A stretch of 64,000 nt of DNA, taken from Nemertoderma westbladi. Taxonomy: Eukaryota > Animalia > Xenacoelomorpha. Shown piece after piece: positions 52,344 through 64,000 of the stretch; the first letter of the stretch is position 1, and the number at the start of each line of letters is the position of its first letter. The stretch spans positions 1 to 64,000 of the forward strand of contig JAUCBJ010006567.1 in NCBI GenBank assembly GCA_032718475.1, read 5' to 3'. The notes under the pieces are model-generated. The model was not told where the DNA came from and ran no database searches. It was given only the letters and a program-made list of their open reading frames with translations. The translations under genes were made by a program, and so were the position numbers.

Positions 52344-53311
52344 CATGACCTGTTATTTAGTACACCTTGGTTACCGTGTACAAATACTGGTACTGTATTG
52401 TGTACAGACGTACGATTGTCAGATTGTGTGAGCTAGCTGTAGGCCTGGTAGGCCTACAGCTTGCAGCTGTACAGTACTGGTATACCACCGGTAAGCTAAA
52501 ATCAGTTTAAAAAATACTTTTTTTAACTAATCATACAGTCATAGTTTTGTGGACGATCTGTGAACAACCAAGGTTGTCCAGGGACCGTACGCACAGTACA
52601 GCGGTACTACCGCTACCGCAAATACCGCGCTTTTTACTACCGCTAGCCGCAAATGCCAACTACAGAACTAGGGTACAAAATACTGCGGACTGCAGTTGCA
52701 TACATACTGACATAGGCCTATTTGTATATATTTACTGTAGGGCTTACCGGTAGTTCAGTAGTTGGTTTTTATATTTTACTATTTTCAGGACAGCAGGAGC
52801 CAAATTTGCAATTGTTTTCTGTCAACAAAAACGAAAAGAAATTAAAATGTATTAATTCATGAAAACAATTTACCAAAAATAAACCAGTAAACGCCACACT
52901 TTTAAAAAAAGTTTGTAAAAAAGTGAGCATCTAACTTCATTAGGCCTAACTGATTAATATGTTAATACCAGCTACATTTTTTGCTACCGCAAAACCCTGA
53001 AACCATACCGCCTCCGCAAAAATTAGCCTAACTACCGTACTACGATCCCTGATGCCTGACACCTGATGTGATTTCAGGGATCCAATAAGAACGAGGGTTC
53101 CAGGTGCAGGTAGGGTTGGGGTTTAGTACACTTTTTGTCTAAGGTTTCGTTTCGATTGCCAAATTACTAAATAGGCCTAAGCATTTGGTCTAATGTCCTT
53201 CTAATACCACTGTAATAATCATGTAGGTAGGCCTTTTTCAGTATTTAGGCTAGTTTCTAGATTGGTAGGCCTACTGGTAACTAACAGACTAAAGAACGAT
53301 AAAATCGGATA

Positions 53312-55216
53312 ATGTCTGAACCGGATAGTGTTGTCAATATAACGTTATCTGTAGACGATCTCGAAAAATCGTTTTTTAAACCAAAAAGTAAGGAGGAGTA
53401 CCTTAAATGCCTGGAATCTGATTGTTTGGAATGCTTCGCAACACAAAATATGCTCCGCGTGCACTTAAAAGATGCTCATGATATTAGGTATATTGTTATG
53501 CGACCAAAGTGTCCTGAATGTGGCAGCGATTTTCACAACACCTCAGCTCTGAATTTGCACCTTACAAAACGGCACAAAATATTTCAGAATGAAGAGTGCG
53601 AACAGCCATTACCAACACTAAAATCTCAGAAAAGGTTTGTTTGTCCTGTCGCGGGATGCCGTTACCATGACTCCCTTAGATTTTTTCCAACTATGACGCA
53701 ATTAAAGAATCATTATTTGCGCATTCACGGAGCAAAAAATTACATATGTTCGCTTTGCCAAAGAAAGTTTTCTAAGTGGCTCGACTGCGATTATCACGAA
53801 TCAACTTGCGGTATTAAATATGTTTGCCACTGTGGCTGCGAGTATAAATCGATGGCTTCGCTTATGCGGCATTGCACAACTTCCAAGGCGGACGACCATT
53901 GGTTCAAGGAGGTAGCGAAATCTCCTCACAATAAACTTATGTCTTCCAACAACCCGGTGACTGTTAAACCGCTGTCGTACTCATCGAAACCAATACAGTT
54001 TGAATCTCGGCCTATCTATAAGAACACCGATGATAATAGAAACCAGTCCAAATCGTTTGTGACATCTTGCGACCTCAACAAACATAAACCACAGCTCCTG
54101 CCTAAAAACATAATAAAGTGGAGTGTTTCCGACAATGTTGTGAGTTTTTCTCTTCACAACGTAAAATCTTCATCTTCTGGTAATCCGTTAAATTTCTCTC
54201 TGGACCTCTCCACTTTTGGATTACAAACGTCTGGGTTTCCTAAGAACTCATTACCGGTACAAACAACCAGATTTCCTAAGGGTAACAGCGGCGTTGCCAA
54301 ATCTAAAACCAGCAAAAGACAGAAAACCATTGTAAACGATACAGCTGCGACGACTGATTGCTCTCCTTTTTGGCTGTCGGTTCTAGCTAATTGTGCTGGA
54401 AACGTTCCATCCATAAATGTAGCCCAAACGCAGACCACAGACAAAGATGCATTGTTTCAACCCATGAGTAGCGCCGAGACCCAGACTTTTAGAAGAATAG
54501 GGAATATCCATACACAGACCCAAGGAACCCATACCCAAGGAATCCATACCCAGACACAGAGAGTCCATACGCATAACCGAGGTACCCATACGCAGACACA
54601 AATGGTACAAGTCCATACACATAATCAAGGGATCCAAACCCAGCAGACACAAGGTATCTACACCCAAACACGACAGATCCGGCCACAGACTCAGTACCGG
54701 TACCACGGATTATCATCAGAAATCCCTGTAATTTCTGATGAAATAAAGGAATACGTACCCTTTCTTTCGAAACTCTCAGCTGAATCACAGACAATACCGA
54801 CACCCGACTTTACCTCACCGCGTAACTCCATTGACTGCCTCCACTCGGGACCCTCAGTAGACCCAGTGCTGCCACCACCCCCCGCTAGTCTCGCCAACCA
54901 ATGCGATCTCTCTGAGTTGTCGCGGTTTTTAGAATCGGTAATCGAATCCAGCGAAGCAGGAACCCAGACTTGCAGCGATTCGTTCGCTGACTTTCTGTCC
55001 ACTCTCTTTGCAGAGACCCACTCTCGAGGTAACATCGCAACTCAGACCTTGGAGGATTCGGTTTGCGATTGGTCCAAGGATTTAATAAGTCCCTTGTTCG
55101 ACGACACGGCCACACAAACAATGGAAGATCTTATTGATGAATGCTTAAATGCTGGAACCCAAACTAATCTAAGTGATATTGACTTAGATGATATTTCTAT
55201 GCCAGAATCCCCATGA
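53312..55216 (+). CDS. ATMIN: ATMIN/ASCIZ-like C2H2 zinc-finger protein with many TQT (dynein light chain LC8-binding) motifs, single-exon CDS, 634 aa
   Basis: Fingers SALNLHLTKRH, CPVAGC...LKNHYLRIHGAKNYICSLC and CGIKYVCHCGCEY parallel the ATMIN finger array. The C-terminal half has AQTQT, AETQT, AESQT, AGTQT and IATQT motifs. Confidence 0.85.
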   Translation: MSEPDSVVNITLSVDDLEKSFFKPKSKEEYLKCLESDCLECFATQNMLRVHLKDAHDIRYIVMRPKCPECGSDFHNTSALNLHLTKRHKIFQNEECEQPLPTLKSQKRFVCPVAGCRYHDSLRFFPTMTQLKNHYLRIHGAKNYICSLCQRKFSKWLDCDYHESTCGIKYVCHCGCEYKSMASLMRHCTTSKADDHWFKEVAKSPHNKLMSSNNPVTVKPLSYSSKPIQFESRPIYKNTDDNRNQSKSFVTSCDLNKHKPQLLPKNIIKWSVSDNVVSFSLHNVKSSSSGNPLNFSLDLSTFGLQTSGFPKNSLPVQTTRFPKGNSGVAKSKTSKRQKTIVNDTAATTDCSPFWLSVLANCAGNVPSINVAQTQTTDKDALFQPMSSAETQTFRRIGNIHTQTQGTHTQGIHTQTQRVHTHNRGTHTQTQMVQVHTHNQGIQTQQTQGIYTQTRQIRPQTQYRYHGLSSEIPVISDEIKEYVPFLSKLSAESQTIPTPDFTSPRNSIDCLHSGPSVDPVLPPPPASLANQCDLSELSRFLESVIESSEAGTQTCSDSFADFLSTLFAETHSRGNIATQTLEDSVCDWSKDLISPLFDDTATQTMEDLIDECLNAGTQTNLSDIDLDDISMPESP

Positions 55217-56804
55217 TGTCATTATTCACCATTATCATTGTACTAAAGGCATGGGAAATATACTATATATAGTAGATTAAATAATATCTCTAATCTTAAA
55301 TTGTGATTTTTCGAATTTTATCCTAATCAGGGCGGCGCTTCGGACTGCAGTTCCGTTCCCCTTGAATATTTGGGTTCCCAGTCTCCAATGAAAAAATTTC
55401 AAATGAATATAACATTATTTTAATTATTATTATAATGTATCATTATAATTATCATAATTATATCAAATTATCTTAAATAAATTATCAATCCCTTTATTCC
55501 CTTTCAATTAATATTTAGATGTCCGACATAAGACCTTGGGACCCAAAGCATGGACCTAACAGAGAAGTAATTTAAACCATTTCGTTTGATTCGCTCGTTT
55601 TTTTTATAAATTTCTGCACCTACTGTTAAAGTTGGTGACCGTAACAGTTGAAAGGCCATTCAGTGAAATTTGCACACCTGGCAGAGATTACACATCGCTG
55701 ACTCAAATAAAATCACTCCTAGAAACATCATTGTTGTGTGGTTTTCACTCAATAAATTGTAATAATTTTATTTTAGAGACAATGCTAAATTTTGGCACAC
55801 TCTAATTGAAAATACTCTTCTCATTCGATTCAGTGTCAAATAGACATCAACAAAAATTCTGATTTCCATTAGCACTTCCTATTACGTTTTAACTGATCTT
55901 TGTCATTTCAAATTATTTCCAATCAGTTCTACATCCTTTAAAACTGATATATTTCACCTAATTAAATCATATGGATGGATCCTCTTCATCATTGTCTACA
56001 ATCTACACGGTACTTCAAATACCCCGCCAATTGAGATTTGGCGTACGTACAATTCTTACAGTAGTAGGCCTAGGGAATTGGGTTAAGAGTTAAAGTTCTT
56101 ACAGTATATTTGATATATTCAAATATATTAATATATATTCAAATATATCAAATATAAAATATACTTTATTTGAAATTTGTTGGGGGGGGGGGGGGGGGGA
56201 TGAGTCAGATCCGTATTTTCTTTTCGATGGTTGTTAAGGGTTCTACATTTGACTTGTTCTGACCTGGAGTTAGAACCCAGAATTACCGCGCAGTAAACCT
56301 CGCGAATTTGGAGTGTTGATGTAGATCTTACTGTGTATTTAATCTATTTATATAATATTGTCAATAAACATAACTAACTAGATAAACTTTAGGCGAATTA
56401 TTGTACCACAGCCGACGCTGTAACATGTCTTACTAACAGTTAATAGTAGATCATGACTATAATAATCCTAGTAAGTTTAACACAATACCCCTAACACACT
56501 AAGGTGGTTGTATACAGTCGAAGTAATGGCTGAGCATTAACTAATCTAACCTGTAAGTGTAAGCTAACCAAACATTCGAAATGTTTGCCTCCATTTTATT
56601 TTCAGTTTAAATCGGTTTATATATGTAACTTATATGGAATCCGGATACGTCTTAAGTACTATAAACCATAATATCCATAAGTACCCATCACCATATACTC
56701 AATAAGTAAGTCAATAATACTAAAGCGGAAGGAATATAAATAGCCAAGATAATTCTATCACCAATCGAATAATAAGGTTTGGGCATCATTCAGTAACTTT
56801 GATA

Positions 56805-57924
56805 TTATTTACAGACTGCGTAGGCCAGGCAGTAGCCATTGCAACTAACTTCACAGGAATTCCCAGACACATTTCCAGTACCCGTAAACCCCTGAGGGAC
56901 ATCTTCGCTATCCATATAGGATGCGTTGCAGGAAACGATTTCCTTGCCAGCGGGACAGCTCGCCTCAGCGCCCTTCTCCCCACCTCGCATTTCGTACTTC
57001 AAAGATACGTCACTCGAGCACAAAACTTTGGCCGTCACTTTACCATGATTTGCCGCAATCACCTCGCATTTACCATGTGCTTGACCGGGATTTACACCGG
57101 CGCAATCCCCTTCACACTGGCATCCCACAACAAAGGATCCAGGCGGACATTGTGCTGTTGCTATTTCGTATTTACTGGGACTCTTGTGCAAATTCATATC
57201 GATATCACCAACATCACCTTGCAGGTAGTCTTCTTTCTCATTGCTAGTCGCAGGACCTTCATCGATCATTCCTTTTATTTCAGTGTCATCGGAAATGCGG
57301 TAACATATAGCGGAAATATCAATACGCGACCCGCAATCATCTGTATTAGGGGCGCAGGTTCCGGATTCTAGAACACCTTCCCCACCCCCGGGGCCCCCGT
57401 TGATGTTGCAACTGGTCATGACGTATCCAGAAGGGCAACTCACACTTGTGCACAATCCCTCGGCAAATGCCGTTGGTATGAACATTTCATAAGCGCTTTT
57501 CATTTCGGTGCACGTTGCCACCGCTTGGGTGACAGAATCACCGCTGTTGCTTAGCTGGTCATTCGAGACACGGCATTCCAATACGCCGTTGTCGTTAACT
57601 ACAAGAGATCCGGCGCAATTCGGCTTCGAACAGGCGCATTTCGCCATCATTGTCCCTTCAGGACATGTTACTGCCGCATCCCCAATCACCTCTTGAACCG
57701 AGGTAACCTGGTTGTCAGGAATAGTAGGAGGTACTTTATCGATGCCTGGAACAACCAGATCGTCGCCTGTGCAAACGTTTTTGCAGTAGTATTCCATCCA
57801 CTCGCGATTTTTGATACATTTACCACTGTCTGCTTCTTCCCGACAGTCAACTTCCATACCAGTCACCTTTATGATACCATCTTCAACATCTTGACATTCT
57901 TTACTACAATTTTGATTCATGAAG
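56805..57924 (-). CDS. Terminal exon of a Cys-rich, probably extracellular protein: ShKT-like domains plus four resistin/PCSK9-C-terminal-like modules
   Basis: Acceptor ttttatttccAG at 57925-57926. FMNQNCSKEC and DCREEADSGKCIKNREWMEYYCKNVC are ShKT-like, followed by four [AV]xCPxG.....C repeats. Upstream exons were not located. Confidence 0.75.
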
Positions 57925-59529
57925 CTGGAAATAAAATTATAAGTTCAAATTATTTACAATTATATATAACAATACTAATTATTTAAAATTAAATTATAAA
58001 ATGTTATTTAACATTATTGTCATTATTTTAAGGCGGTTAAAAAATATGGCAAATAAAAATAACTTTTTAAAATTTTTTTTTTATCTTGCTGTATACCGTT
58101 TGTTATATTTGAGTGTGCATGTAGTGTAGTCAAATTAGGCCTAAAAGTAGCTAAACCCGGAAGAAAATACAATATGGCTGAAGTTTTGGTATCATTCGAC
58201 GCAGAATTCATTGTGGAATAATATTATGAGGTGCCTCCAGTGCCTCACATTGAGGATTTTTTTTAAAATCACTTTGAATAAATGTTGGTCACCGAAGATG
58301 ATTTTAGAGAAATTAATATACAATATTTAGGTGCTTTACAGTGTTATTTGCAGATGATTTTATATTTTAACATTCCATTATCATTCTTTATGATGTCACC
58401 AAGTACAGTTGTGGATTACGTAATTATATTACCTAAGCTTCCTGTAAGAAAGTCTCTGTTCAAATCGGGAAATCCGGTTCAGGGCGAGTGCGATCACACT
58501 AACAAGTACAACCAGCGATATGTGCTTCAGACTCATTTCTACCCCAAGTGTAAGTATCAAACATAACATGTACTGTATGCTAATGGTGAAAGTTGGACTG
58601 CGCTATTATAACATTACTTTACCTGCAATTGTTTTGTAACGTCAGCCCCACCAGACTTAATTTAAAAAATGTCAGCTGCTCAACACCTGCAACCCTGAAA
58701 ATTCGGCGAAGGTATGTAAGTTAAACATGTCGCTACTGCTAATAACTGAAGGCCGACTTTCACAATGACAATATTTTATATTTTGATATGGTGGGAGAGA
58801 GAGTTCCATAAATTTTCATTTGCTACAATTTGGGCAATTGACATAATTGAATCCTCCTCGTTATAGTCCAGCAGCCACATTCTTCTTTTTGGCCTAACCG
58901 AAATTTTTGGACGGGTTACAATTTTTGGATGTTTTGGTGTCTAGGGGTCCCTTTTAACATAAAAAAGTGATTTATGGACTTTGACACCTTGGGCAATTTG
59001 AATTAATGACCCGTTTCTATGGACTACAGCAATTTTTATGAAAGCTTAGCAATCAGAATGGCGATTAACTGTTGAGCTTGAACTGGTTGTAATTTTGATC
59101 GAAAATATGAAAATTTTAGAGAAACTATTGAAGTGTTGCTATGGTAACGAAGGCACTACAGCTATTGCTCTATCTTTCCAAATGAAAAACTACTATGCCT
59201 ACTGACACTCATGTGTTTTTTGTTTCGTCTGTGCACTTTATTAATAATATGTTTCCCTAAATAATATGTACCACATCAATTTTGTGTAGAAGTATGGTTA
59301 GCAACAAATACCCGTATTCATGGAAACCACAGTAATTTATTGCGGACATCACATCTGAAGCATTTAAAACCTTGACAGAAATTTATTACCTTAAAATGTA
59401 TATATAAATAATTTGTCTCCTGCTTGTTTATAACACTTTTTTTAATGCAAAATATACAAAATTTAGTTAATGCATGGCGAATATGGAGACTATGCATTTT
59501 ATATTATTCATTGTTTGATTATAATACAA

Positions 59530-60300
59530 TATGAGATTACGAAAAGTTTGCGCATGAAACTTTATTGCAGTTGTAAAATTCTTTGCAATCAGGCTCGGTT
59601 TTTTCTGCAGGTGCAATTCTGCGATTTACATTGGATTTTGAATTAACATTTACACCGAATTAATTGCAAAATGCATCCCGGAGCTGGTGGTATGCCCTCA
59701 GGGATTACAATCGGGGAAAGTTGATTGTTACCTATTCTCCACCCATATTCTCTGGGGTCTACAATAGGTGGTCTAATTTCCATTGTGTTCTTCCACACCA
59801 TTACTTGCAAATGGGCTCTTTTCACGTTCTCTGAGAAGGAGTCAGTGGTTGGTAGTATTGTTTGCAGCTTTGCACAGCTGGTAATTGTTTAATTGGCTTT
59901 TCTGTGCACACCTTCTATTTTGACTGGGTCATGTCGTCTGAGTCATATCCATAGCAGTCACGCCAGTCAGTTATAAAGTTATAGTACATTCCATTAAGAC
60001 TGTAAATTGCGGTGCTTCCATATCTCCCAAACAAGTAAGAGTGAGTCCTTTCTCCGAAGCCTTGATGACTTTCGCTTTGCCAATCCCAAACATACTCGCA
60101 ACCATGTCACACCCATAATGCATGGCCTCCCAAAAGATTTCCTATGATACGGCGATGCATTTTTACTTGTCTCTCCTACGTCTATCACTGCGGTACGGTT
60201 TTTAATGGGGATTTTATGAAAATTGAAACATCTTCAAAACACCACCAAAATACACACGATACACTTCAGAGAGGCCGGTTTCAACCATTAAACTTATTAT
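59530..60300 (-). mobile_element. Academ-type DNA transposon remnant (XPG-like nuclease and Cys-finger region), frameshifted
   Basis: Translated fragments GCDMVASMFGIGKAK (H2TH-like), PTTDSFSENVKRAHLQVMVWK...DPREYGW and LQLIRCKC. A possible terminus TAGTCC lies at ~58864. Confidence 0.6.
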
Positions 60301-61323
60301 GGATCCAATGAAACTTATGAATGTATGCATCCTCCTAATGTAAGTCCACCGTACTCAACAGGAAAATACCAAATTACATAGTAACATCTTTGGGGAACTC
60401 ATGGTCAATACATTTAGCTAGATGTAAACCAATAGCAGACCCCGCCAAAACTTTTAATGGCAAGGCATTGCCGGGTTTGAAATACCAGTATAACTCTTGA
60501 TACAGTATCTACTGTATGTCATAATCTAGTTCTTTTGACATTTACGTTTTGGTCAATCTCAGTATAGAATGATCCGCTCCATCCACATGTGATAAGGTAG
60601 ATTGAATATTCCTGTTTGGTTGGGTTATTAGCATAGCTAGTGAATGCGTGGATTTCAAACAATTCATGGAACTTAAATTCGTTTATGCAGTAGTTTGCTT
60701 GGCATTACCTAGGTAAACTCCTGTCAACCTGTAAGGGAGTCGGATGACTCTAGTCCCGACCCGTTAACTAGTACCGGCCCTTTACTAGCTATTTTTTTTT
60801 ACCAGATACAATTGTTACTGTTTTTGTCAGGTGGCACCCATAATATCTTATGAATGTTCGTACTAGTCATTTTAGAATTTTTTACAGTAATTGCTAGGCT
60901 TCCTAATTCGATTGGCTATCATCAGCTGTTATATTGCTAGAGAACTACGCAAACATACAGTAGCCGTACCATTTTAATTATTAAAAAAACATTTAAAAAA
61001 ACATTAAAAAATCATACCGATGACAATTAAATGAACAATTCGACTCAACGTATAAGAAATTACAACTATATAAAATTTTTAGAACAAGCTAATGATATTT
61101 TCATGTCAATGAAAGAAAAATCCATATAAGAAACTACGAGTACATCAATTTTCTATAGAATAAGTCCCATTTAAATGCAGAGACCTGGAAACTCACTAGC
61201 TATTCCAAGAAAACACTAAATGTGAGTAATCATAGGCCGAACTAATGATCAATAACTAATAATCATAACTAATGATAATCATTAGTTATGAATTCCAAAC
61301 TCAATTCTCCATATCGAAATGGT

Positions 61324-62530
61324 CTACTACTAGGTTCGGCATGCTGCATTGCAGCTGCATTTTTAAGAATGCTGTGCCGGCTTGTCGACAAAATTGCGCC
61401 GCCATAACTCCCTATCACCCATGACATTTGCTAGATCATCCGCATCTTCAAGGCCAGTGTCCTTCAAGATGCGTCTCAAGAAAGTCATGGGCTGTCCACC
61501 ATGCTTATTCACTCCATGAGGCTGCCAAAGTACAAGATTATGCACTGGCTGGTCCTCACGGCGAAAGCAATGTCCTGCAAAGCGGATGCGATTTTGTTCT
61601 AGTGTCAAGCTTGGGGGAACCAATGAGACACCTCCAATGTTATATAGTGTCTGGTTGGAGATGTGTGCATTGCACTTGAAACAATGAACCCGGCGTAGCA
61701 TTCTTGTGAATGTGCCATCCAGAGATTTGGTGTCCTCAGCAGTTAGAGCCCAGCATGGACTCCCGTAGAGGAGTACTGGAACTACTGCTGCTCTAAATAT
61801 TCGGACCTTAAGTTTCCGATTAATTCTCGGTGACTTCCAAATCCTGGAAAGCCTATTCAAGGCTGCCCATGCGTTTCCCTTACGTATTCGAAGGTCCTCA
61901 CCTGACTTCCGGATCCATGATCCCAGGTAACAGAAGTCGTCCACATGCTCAAGCATACCATCCATTGAGCTTATGCTCATCCGATCAGAGACTTGCTGAG
62001 GACTTTCAAAGTTAACTGTCAAAATTTAGATCTTTCTGGAGTTAATAAAAAGAACAACACTAGAAGCAGCATGTTCTAATTAGCTGAGGAGCCGTTGGGC
62101 TCCCTCTAGTGATTCTGAGAGTACCCCTACGTCATCAACAAAGTCTAGACCAGTTAGGTACTTGGCAGGATTTCCTCGACTTCTGGAGCCAGTATGTGGA
62201 GTTATCATCACCCCATCATCATTATGATGATCTAAGGACATGCGTAGAACATAGTCAACCACAATTATGAACAAGAATGGTGCAAGTGTGTCTCCCTGGA
62301 GGACGCCCCATAACACTTCAAATGGTTCTGTGTCACCGTCAGCAGTAGACACAAATGTTGTCGAACCATCGTATACTGATCTGATTACTGCAATAATTTC
62401 ATCAGGAATCCCATATAATGAAAGTATGCTGAACATACGTGAGAGAGAGACTGAATCAAAGGCCTTGAAGAAGTCAACAAAGATAACAGCCAGATGCCTG
62501 TCTTTCTTTTTTGATAACTCTTCAATTATT
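61324..62530 (-). mobile_element. 5'-truncated, inactive RTE-type LINE (RT and C-terminal region)
   Basis: VDFFKAFDSV, GVLQGDTLAPFLF, LDFVDD, FCYLGS and LLYGS motifs; in-frame stops near 62080 and 62026; short 3' UTR with a degenerate (TAG)n tail. Confidence 0.92.
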
Positions 62531-62664
62531 ATAATCAATTAATTAATATTCAATTAATCTGTAAATATTTTGTAATAGCTAGTTCTTATTACTATTTGTA
62601 TAGAAAATGTTCCAGAACATGTTAGCTATTAATTTTAAAAAAAAATTATGTTCTAGAAAAATTA

Positions 62665-62856
62665 TTTTTTGTTCTAGAATATTTTTAAGAAAAAATATAG
62701 ATTATATTTAAAACGCATGAAATCGTTCTAATACGTGTTTAAAATCACTAAGAAAAAGAAAAATTATTTTTATTGATTTTAAACACGTAAGAGAACAATT
62801 CCATGCGTTTTAAATATAATCCATATTTTTTCTTAAAAATATTCTAGAACAAAAAG
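62665..62856. mobile_element. Palindromic MITE fragment
   Basis: ttgttctagaatatttttaagaaaaaatat / atattttttcttaaaaatattctagaacaa. Confidence 0.7.
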
Positions 62857-64000
62857 GCTGTCCTGGATCGCCATGCATTCCTCCTTTTCCGCCTAACCAT
62901 CCCCCCTTCACTACCTTTGCCCCCCACCCCAAATGTAAAAGCTTTTGCGTCATTAACCGGTTATTTTCCCTTAAAGTACTCTGTAGTTGGTTTGCCAGGC
63001 ATAAAAAGGCCGTGTCCTTGCTGTACTGGTGTTTTAGAGGACATAAAAGTCATTTCTTCTGTATTTGTACTGTATTTGTACTTTAGAGGACATAATCCGC
63101 AATCTCGTGACGCGATAAGCTGGATACTCTTGAAAACAGTGTCGCTACCATGACGACGGCTAACAGCTGATATTGCCACGTCGACGTTTCTTTGTTTCTT
63201 TGTTCTCTCGTTGTTCGGTTGACCAATCAGAGCGTTTTTTGTCTCTGTGTTGGAGGTGTATACAGAACCCAGTAGTTCAGTGTTATGTTTTTGCTCAGAG
63301 CCTAAGAACATCGTCTTTTAGCACCTCCGTATATCAGCGTTCTTTAGCTTTACATTAGTAGGCTTAATTATAGAATGTATATCTGTTATCAAACGACTAA
63401 CTTGAGTTACCGAGTTAATTACAACCTTATCATACATATCTATGCAATTCATATCTTACATTACTGCTTTTGCTGTTGTTCATTATATTTGTTGAAGAAA
63501 TATTATATCGGAATACTGATCAATAGTCAGACACCCCACCTTCTTGATATACTAAAGGTTAGAGAGACCGGTTACAGATAAACGATTGCGACCTATGTTG
63601 AGTGGTTTGAAGTGAATCTAATGCTATTTCATATGCCCAACATAAATTGTCTGTTGCTCTCTTTATACGTGACCAAATTTAGTGAAGGTCGGCAGATTAG
63701 TGTGCAGTATTGTGCAGCATTGTGTATGATTGTAACTGATAACAAAGCATCTCCTAAAGAATGCGCCATATACGTTAATCTATAGCCTTTTCGTTGTGAC
63801 TAGTTTAAGTCATAACTCTGTTTACATATTTAGAGCGCCACGTCCTAAAGGAACTGTTAATATTTCCCGAAAGTGAATAATATTTGTCAGAGATTATATA
63901 TTACGATCAGTCGAATAATACAGTAGGCTTACACCATCAATCATTAAGCTCCGAACTCAGTCTCCCGGGTATATCCAACGGGTGAATGATTGCGCATAGA

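Overview
AT-rich, repeat-dense nuclear DNA from an animal, probably an invertebrate. Spliceosomal GT-AG signals are present; no prokaryotic features and no CRISPR array were found. Four conserved genes have uninterrupted single-exon coding sequences: MVD (+), RAN (-), KAT5/Tip60 (+) and an ATMIN/ASCIZ-like zinc-finger gene (+). On the minus strand are the 5' exons of a LIM-domain-binding gene (LDB/Chip), with at least two alternative Met/Gly/Pro-rich N-termini. I could not find its next exon in the window, so KAT5, RAN and MVD appear to be nested in an LDB intron longer than 31 kb. The last exon of a Cys-rich protein (ShKT-like plus four resistin/PCSK9-like modules) is also present. One LDB intron holds a 7-kb double satellite: about 60 copies of a 34-bp unit abutting about 84 copies of a 59-bp unit. 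Together they look like the body and tRNA-like head of a single SINE, each amplified in place, with nested higher-order periodicity. The remainder is a nested mosaic of non-autonomous DNA transposons (several with clear TIRs and TSDs), two RTE-type LINE copies, Gypsy and Academ remnants, tRNA-derived SINEs, and two inverted copies of a G-rich-minisatellite element that bracket 37.5 kb. Coordinates were counted by eye; copy numbers and degraded-element boundaries are approximate.
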